Positions 26,519-32,000 of a DNA stretch of 32,000 bases are shown one piece after another (the stretch's first letter is position 1; every line of letters starts with the position of its first letter). The notes under the pieces are model-generated. The model saw only the letters and a program-made list of their open reading frames with translations, was not told where the DNA came from and did no database searches. Both the position numbers and the translations under genes were made by a program. The stretch covers positions 150,001 through 182,000 of the forward strand of contig OZ252279.1 in assembly GCA_965250005.1 (NCBI GenBank). The letters are read 5' to 3'. The stretch is from Demequinaceae bacterium (GTDB lineage Bacteria > Actinomycetota > Actinomycetes > Actinomycetales > Demequinaceae).

Positions 26519-27072
26519 GCGAGCTATTCACCAAGGTGAACCCTTTGCGCACCGGTTACGACCGGGAGCAGGTCGAGGAGTTTTTCGCCAAGGTGCGCGC
26601 CGCGTACGAGCGTGCGGTGGTTGACGTCGACGGGCTCGCACCCATGGACATCCGTCGCGCGGCTTTTGACCTAGCGCGCCGCGGGTACAAGACCGCCGAG
26701 GTGGACGCCGCCCTCGACAAGCTTGAGGACGCGTTCGCCAAGCGCCTACGCGACCAGTATGTGACGCAGCACGGCCAGGAGGCATGGCAGAGTGACCTGT
26801 CGCAGCGCGCCCAGACCCTCTACGAGCGGCTGCGACGCCCGGCGCGCGAACGCTTCAACCGTCCGAAGGCACTCAGGCGCGGCTACGACGCGCGCGCGGT
26901 AGACAAAGTCCTTAATGGCATCACGGACTATTTTGACAAGGGCGAACTCATCACGTCGCAAGATATCCGCAGCCAGTCGTTCAAGCGCGTGGCCAAGTGG
27001 CGCGCGTATGACGAGCGCCAGGTGGACGCGTACCTGGCGAAGGCCGTCGACATCCTGCTGGGCGTCTCCTAA
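26515..27072 (+). CDS. DivIVA domain-containing protein
   Basis: [32 protein letters not shown] plus two further repeats of the motif ([26 protein letters not shown]; [23 protein letters not shown]; [26 protein letters not shown]). Confidence 0.85.
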   Translation: MSELFTKVNPLRTGYDREQVEEFFAKVRAAYERAVVDVDGLAPMDIRRAAFDLARRGYKTAEVDAALDKLEDAFAKRLRDQYVTQHGQEAWQSDLSQRAQTLYERLRRPARERFNRPKALRRGYDARAVDKVLNGITDYFDKGELITSQDIRSQSFKRVAKWRAYDERQVDAYLAKAVDILLGVS

Positions 27073-27074
27073 CA

Positions 27075-28256
27075 GTGCCAGCGCGCACTGTCGCGCTCCT
27101 GGGCTCGACCGGCTCGATCGGCACCCAGGCTATCGACGTCATCAATCGCAACTCGGCGCGCTTCCGCGTGACCGCAATAGCGGCGGGTGGCGCCAATCCT
27201 GACGTGATCATCGAGCAGGCCCGCGAACTTGAGGTCGAGATGGTTGCCGTGGCCGACGAGGCAGCAGCTGAACTCGTGGCGGCGGGACTGCCCGGCGTGC
27301 AGGTGGAGGCCGGTCCGGGCGCGGCGGCGATCGCGGCTGCTGCAGGTGGTGGGCTGGATGATGACGGTTCTCCCGCGCCAGCGGACGTTGTCCTCAACGG
27401 CATGACTGGCTCAGTGGGACTGGGCCCCACGCTCGCTGCGCTCCAGGCCGGCAGCACGCTCGCGCTGGCAAACAAAGAGTCGCTCATCGCGGGCGGCGCG
27501 CTGGTCAAGGCGGCGGTGACGCGGCCGGACCAGATTGTCCCCGTGGATTCGGAGCACAGCGCGCTCGCCCAGGCGCTGCGCGCCGGGACGCGCGGCGAGG
27601 TCCGAAAACTCATCGTCACCGCGTCCGGCGGGCCGTTCCGCGGCAAGTCTCGCGCGGAACTCGCCGCGGTCACCCCCGAGCAGGCGCTGAACCACCCCAA
27701 CTGGGACATGGGCCCGGTCGTCACCATCAACTCCGCGACCATGGTCAACAAGGCGCTCGAGGTGATGGAAGCGCACCTGCTGTTCGACATCCCCATGGAC
27801 AAGGTCGAGGTGGTGGTTCACGCCCAGTCGCAGATCCACTCGATGGTCGAATTTGTGGACGGCAGCACCATCGCGCAGGCCAGCCCACCAGACATGCGCC
27901 TGCCCATTGCGCTCGGATTGGCGTGGCCGGACCGCGTCGCCGACGCGGCACCCGCCTACGACTGGGCGCAGCCCCAAACCTGGACGTTCGAGCCGCTCGA
28001 CTCCGAGGCGTTCCCCGCCGTGCGCCTGATGAGGGAGGCGGCCCGCGCGTCGGCGCTACACCCCGCCGTGTACAACGCCGCCAACGAGGAGTGCGTCGCC
28101 GCATTCGCCGCAGGGAAGCTCCCGTTCCTCGGAATCGTCGACACTATTGAGGCGGTGCTCGCAGACTTCCGATCGCCGGTGGACATCACGCTTGAGGCCG
28201 TTCTCGAGGCGGAAGCCTGGGCGCGCGTTCGCGCTACCGAGGGAATCGCCGCGTGA
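27075..28256 (+). CDS. dxr: 1-deoxy-D-xylulose-5-phosphate reductoisomerase
   Basis: [97 protein letters not shown]. Confidence 0.95.
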   Translation: MPARTVALLGSTGSIGTQAIDVINRNSARFRVTAIAAGGANPDVIIEQARELEVEMVAVADEAAAELVAAGLPGVQVEAGPGAAAIAAAAGGGLDDDGSPAPADVVLNGMTGSVGLGPTLAALQAGSTLALANKESLIAGGALVKAAVTRPDQIVPVDSEHSALAQALRAGTRGEVRKLIVTASGGPFRGKSRAELAAVTPEQALNHPNWDMGPVVTINSATMVNKALEVMEAHLLFDIPMDKVEVVVHAQSQIHSMVEFVDGSTIAQASPPDMRLPIALGLAWPDRVADAAPAYDWAQPQTWTFEPLDSEAFPAVRLMREAARASALHPAVYNAANEECVAAFAAGKLPFLGIVDTIEAVLADFRSPVDITLEAVLEAEAWARVRATEGIAA

Positions 28257-28308
28257 GGTTTCTCGCATTAGGGAACCCGCTGAGCGTCGCGGTCGTAGAG
28301 TAGTCAAC

Positions 28309-29610
28309 ATGGATTACGCCCTCGGAGTGCTCGTCTTCATCGTTGGTATCGCGATTTCGATTGCACTGCATGAGTTGGGCCACATGGTCCCCGCCAAGCG
28401 CTTTGGGGTCCGCGTTAGCCAGTTCATGGTCGGATTCGGAAAGACGCTGTGGTCGCGCACGCGAGGCGAGACGGAGTACGGCCTCAAGGCGATACCGCTA
28501 GGCGGCTACGTGCGGCTGGTGGGCATGATCCCCCCAGCGCACGAGGTCAAAGAAGTACGCGGTACGGGTTGGAGTTCTCGCCTGATAGCGGACACCCGCG
28601 ACGCCTCGATAGAAGAGGTACACGAGGGCGAGGAGCACCGCGCCTTCTACCGGCTCGCGTGGTGGAAGAAGGTCATCGTCATGGCCGGCGGCCCCATCAT
28701 GAACCTCATCATTGCGGCGATCCTCTTCACCGTCATCTTTTCGGCCATTGGCGGGCCGCGCACCGTGCCCGTGGTCGCCGCCGTCGTGCCCTGTGCGCTC
28801 GAGAGTATTGAGGTCGACTGCGCCGCGGGCGACCCGGCCTCTGCCGCAGCAGCCGCCGGACTGGTGGCGGGTGACCGGATCACCGCCGTTGACGGCTCCA
28901 TGATCGAGACGTGGCCCGAGCTATCCGCGGCCATGCGCGCTGCGAACGGCGTGCCCACCAAGGTCGAGTTTGTGCGCGGAGACCAGATCATGTCTGTGAC
29001 GGTCACGCCCACGTCCCGCGATTACTATACTTTTGACGCCGCAGGGGACATCGTTTACGACGAAGCGGGCGAACCCGTCCTTGCCCCTTCCGGCTTCTTT
29101 GGGATGCAGCCCGGCACGGAGCGCCACCGGTTCCCCATCGGCACAGGCGTCGAGGTCACTGGGGAGTACCTGGGGCTCACGTTCACCGCGGTGCGCGAAC
29201 TGCCGCAGCACGTGGCCAGTGCCGTCGGGGCAATCGTCGGCTCGCAGGAACGCGACACCGAGGGCGTCATCAGCATCGTCGGCGCTGGGCGCATAGCGGG
29301 CGAGCAGGCTGCGGCCGAAGTTCCCTTCATCGACAAACTCGTTTCCGCCCTCGCGCTGCTCGCGGGCATCAACCTCGCGCTGTTCGTCTTCAACATGATC
29401 CCGCTGCTGCCGCTGGACGGCGGGCACATCGCGGGCGCACTCTGGCAGGCCGTCAAGAACGGGTGGGCGCGCGTCAAGAACTTGCCGCGGCCAGCGCCCG
29501 TGGACCTGGCCCGGATGATGCCATACGCGTACGGGATGTTCGCCGTTCTTATGCTCGTGGGGCTCGTGCTGATCGTCGCGGACTTTGTGGCACCGGTCAG
29601 CGTCGCTTAG
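28309..29610 (+). CDS. rseP: Site-2 protease family, RseP-like
   Basis: [44 protein letters not shown] (HELGH), PDZ-like region [32 protein letters not shown]. Confidence 0.92.
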   Translation: MDYALGVLVFIVGIAISIALHELGHMVPAKRFGVRVSQFMVGFGKTLWSRTRGETEYGLKAIPLGGYVRLVGMIPPAHEVKEVRGTGWSSRLIADTRDASIEEVHEGEEHRAFYRLAWWKKVIVMAGGPIMNLIIAAILFTVIFSAIGGPRTVPVVAAVVPCALESIEVDCAAGDPASAAAAAGLVAGDRITAVDGSMIETWPELSAAMRAANGVPTKVEFVRGDQIMSVTVTPTSRDYYTFDAAGDIVYDEAGEPVLAPSGFFGMQPGTERHRFPIGTGVEVTGEYLGLTFTAVRELPQHVASAVGAIVGSQERDTEGVISIVGAGRIAGEQAAAEVPFIDKLVSALALLAGINLALFVFNMIPLLPLDGGHIAGALWQAVKNGWARVKNLPRPAPVDLARMMPYAYGMFAVLMLVGLVLIVADFVAPVSVA

Positions 29611-29663
29611 CGCCGTGCGCGTGGGCGCCCAAACAGCGGTCGGACCTGGGAGATACTAGAACC

Positions 29664-30818
29664 GTGACCGCCATCGGACTTGGAATGCCTCCCATGCCAG
29701 CCCCCACGCTGGCCCCCCGCCGCAAGACCCGCAAGATCAAGGTCGGCAAGATCGACGTGGGCGGCGACGCCCCCATTAGCGTCCAGTCCATGTGCACCAC
29801 CAAGACGCACGACGTCAACACCACGCTCCAGCAGATCGCCGAACTGACGGCAGCAGGCTGCGACATCGTGCGCGTCGCGTGCCCCACGCAGGACGACGCA
29901 GACGCGCTCCCCGCGATCGCCAAGAAGTCGCAGATCCCGGTGATCGCGGACATCCACTTCCAGCCCAAGTACGTATTCGACGCGATCGATGCAGGCTGCG
30001 CTGCCGTGCGCGTGAACCCCGGAAACATCCGCAAGTTTGACGACAAGGTCGGAGAAATTGCGAAGGCGGCCAAGGACGGGGGAACCAGCATTCGCATCGG
30101 CGTCAATGCAGGATCGCTGGACCCGCGCCTGCTGAAGAAGTACGGCAAGGCCACACCCGAGGCACTCGTGGAGTCGGCCGTGTGGGAGGCAAGCCTGTTC
30201 GAGGAACACGACTTCCACGACTTCAAGATTTCCGTCAAGCACAACGACCCAGTGGTGATGGTCGAGGCATACAAGCAACTGTCCGACCGCGGCGACTGGC
30301 CGCTGCACCTGGGCGTCACCGAGGCGGGCCCAGCGTTTCAGGGCACCATCAAGTCCGCCACCGCCTTTGGCGCGCTGCTCAGCCAGGGCATCGGCGACAC
30401 AATTCGCGTCTCGCTCAGCGCCCCGCCCGTCGAAGAGGTCAAAGTGGGCATCCAGATTCTGCAATCGCTCAACCTCAAGGAGCGCAAGCTCGAAATCGTG
30501 TCGTGCCCCAGCTGTGGCCGCGCGCAGGTTGACGTGTACGAGCTCGCCGAAAAGGTCACCGCCGGGCTCGAAGGCATGGAGGTGCCGCTGCGCGTGGCCG
30601 TCATGGGCTGCGTGGTCAACGGACCGGGCGAGGCGCGCGAGGCAGACCTCGGCGTTGCGTCCGGAAACGGCAAGGGCCAAATCTTTGTCAAGGGCGAGGT
30701 CATCAAAACCGTGCCTGAGGCGTTGATCGTGGAAACACTGATCGAAGAGGCGATGAAGATCGCCGATGCCATGGAGCCCATCGAGGGCGCCGCGCCCGAG
30801 GTGTCGGTCTCCCAGTGA
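29664..30818 (+). CDS. ispG: (E)-4-hydroxy-3-methylbut-2-enyl-diphosphate synthase
   Basis: [76 protein letters not shown]; GTG start assumed at 29664. Confidence 0.94.
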   Translation: MTAIGLGMPPMPAPTLAPRRKTRKIKVGKIDVGGDAPISVQSMCTTKTHDVNTTLQQIAELTAAGCDIVRVACPTQDDADALPAIAKKSQIPVIADIHFQPKYVFDAIDAGCAAVRVNPGNIRKFDDKVGEIAKAAKDGGTSIRIGVNAGSLDPRLLKKYGKATPEALVESAVWEASLFEEHDFHDFKISVKHNDPVVMVEAYKQLSDRGDWPLHLGVTEAGPAFQGTIKSATAFGALLSQGIGDTIRVSLSAPPVEEVKVGIQILQSLNLKERKLEIVSCPSCGRAQVDVYELAEKVTAGLEGMEVPLRVAVMGCVVNGPGEAREADLGVASGNGKGQIFVKGEVIKTVPEALIVETLIEEAMKIADAMEPIEGAAPEVSVSQ

Positions 30819-30831
30819 CGGCGGCCCGGCC

Positions 30832-31764
30832 ATGACGGACTCCTTGCTGAGACGAGTGCGGCCGCGCTTCGCGGTTACGTCGCTACAGAAGCGCGACCTC
30901 ACGGCTGCACAGACGTTGTGTGCCATCAAGCCAGTGGAGTTCGTCATGCCCGCGATGCAAGTTGAGGTGGCGCTCGATCACGGCCGCAGCAAGTCGGGTG
31001 GATTGTGGGGCGTGTACGAGCGCGACGGCCGCCGTCGCGACCTGCAGGGCGTGCTGTGGAACGGCGCGAACTTGATCCCGGCGATTCCCGAGCCCACTGA
31101 CCAAGTGCTCGCGGCCGTGGCAGACACGCTGGCGCGGAGAATAGGGCGTCCCAGCGCTCTCGTGGGGGAGGCCGCGGTGGTGCTCGACCTGTGGGATCGC
31201 ATCGACGGAGCCTGGGGGCCCGCGCGCTCCATGCGCCCGGAACAGCTACTCATGACTATCGAGGGCCCTGCCAAGCACGTACCGCCGCTTGACGCCCAGG
31301 ACGTCGCCCTTGACGCCGTGCGCACCGCCCAACTCGACGACTTCGCGGCGCTGTTGCCCACGTGCGTGGACATGTTTACCGCCGAGGTGGGCTACGACCC
31401 GCTTCTCCACGGCAGACGAGCATATGAGGACCGGCTCAAGTGGCTCATCAGGACAGGGCGATCCTTCGTTCAATACGGGTTGGCCGAGGGGCGCAGGCAG
31501 GTCGTGTTCAAGGCCGAGGCCGGCGTGGTGTCGCGCGGGGTGGACGGCGCCGGGGTGGCGGAAATGCAGGGCGTGTGGGTGCACCGCGCGTTGCGAGGCC
31601 GTGGGCTCGCGCGCGCCGGGATGTCGGCCGTTGTGGCGCTAGCGCGAGACGAGCTCGCGCCCACTGTTTCGCTCTACGTCAACGAATTCAACCGCAAGGC
31701 GATCCGGTCGTACGACGCCGTTGGCTTCCAATGTGTCGGTACGTTCGCGACGGTCATGTTCTAG
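30832..31764 (+). CDS. GNAT family N-acetyltransferase
   Basis: C-terminal domain: MQGVWVHRALRGRGLARAGMSAVVALARDELAPTVSLYVNEFNRKAIRSYDAVGFQCVGTFATVMF. Confidence 0.85.
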   Translation: MTDSLLRRVRPRFAVTSLQKRDLTAAQTLCAIKPVEFVMPAMQVEVALDHGRSKSGGLWGVYERDGRRRDLQGVLWNGANLIPAIPEPTDQVLAAVADTLARRIGRPSALVGEAAVVLDLWDRIDGAWGPARSMRPEQLLMTIEGPAKHVPPLDAQDVALDAVRTAQLDDFAALLPTCVDMFTAEVGYDPLLHGRRAYEDRLKWLIRTGRSFVQYGLAEGRRQVVFKAEAGVVSRGVDGAGVAEMQGVWVHRALRGRGLARAGMSAVVALARDELAPTVSLYVNEFNRKAIRSYDAVGFQCVGTFATVMF

Positions 31765-31821
31765 CACGGCGATTTTCTAGCACGGTTCTTGTGCAATACA
31801 GCGCTCCGCTACGCTGGGCGG

Positions 31822-32000
31822 ATGCTACGGGAGGCGCCTGTTGCGGTGCGAGCGGGGAAGCACCGCCGCCGGTGGGCTGCCGGGCTCGCCGCCGTCTTGG
31901 TGCTGGTTTTCCTCGTGGCTGATGCCGCACGCACGGCGGCTGGAACGGCCGACGAGCCTGTAGCCGCGCCGAGCACCGATGCCACGAGCGTGCCCGCCGT
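31822..32000 (+). CDS. N-terminus of an exported or single-TM protein (truncated by window end)
   Basis: MLREAPVAVRAGKHRRRWAAGLAAVLVLVFLVADAARTAAGTADEPVAAPSTDATSVPAV: basic N-terminus then hydrophobic segment; family not identifiable from this fragment. Confidence 0.55.
   Translation, partial: MLREAPVAVRAGKHRRRWAAGLAAVLVLVFLVADAARTAAGTADEPVAAPSTDATSVPA

Noticed and set aside
29607-30947. 446-aa minus-strand ORF opposite ispG
   Set aside because: The sense strand encodes clear IspG; the antisense frame is low-complexity and His/Ala/Asp-rich, a GC-codon artefact.
1-32000. CRISPR array, phage, transposon or toxin-antitoxin content
   Set aside because: I saw no regularly spaced repeats, transposase/integrase cargo or TA pair. 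The only tyrosine recombinase looks like a housekeeping XerC/XerD-type enzyme.
1-32000. tRNA or rRNA genes
   Set aside because: No cloverleaf-like or rRNA-conserved segments were noticed in the short intergenic regions; tRNAscan-SE or Infernal would be needed to exclude them fully.

Overview
This is a 32 kb high-GC actinobacterial chromosomal window. It is built mostly on a conserved housekeeping order: ffh 3' end, amidohydrolase, [inserted redox cluster], rpsP, KH-domain protein, rimM, trmD, rplS, lepB, rnhB, DUF2469, yraN, comM/yifB, dprA, [deoC, two ALDH-family genes, sugar-phosphomutase remnant], xerC-like recombinase, whiG/fliA-type sigma factor, M23 peptidase (minus strand), rpsB, tsf, pyrH, frr, cdsA, rlmN, DivIVA-like, dxr, rseP, ispG, GNAT, partial membrane/secreted protein. 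The most interesting accessory region is about 1383-6738. It encodes two paralogous ferric-reductase-like transmembrane flavoproteins, each followed by a small exported FMN-binding protein. One ApbE flavin transferase lies between the pairs and an uncharacterised lipoprotein follows. This looks like a duplicated extracytosolic flavinylation / electron-transfer module. Secondary points of interest are: a half-length ALDH-like protein lacking the catalytic Cys region; a frameshifted C-terminal remnant of a phosphosugar mutase; a 19-nt element (17/19 identical) upstream of both rpsP and rplS; structured leaders before rplS and rpsB; and a low-complexity lysine-rich tail on ribosomal protein S2 encoded by a 7x12-bp perfect repeat. 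All calls come from reading the sequence and recognising motifs; no database search was run.
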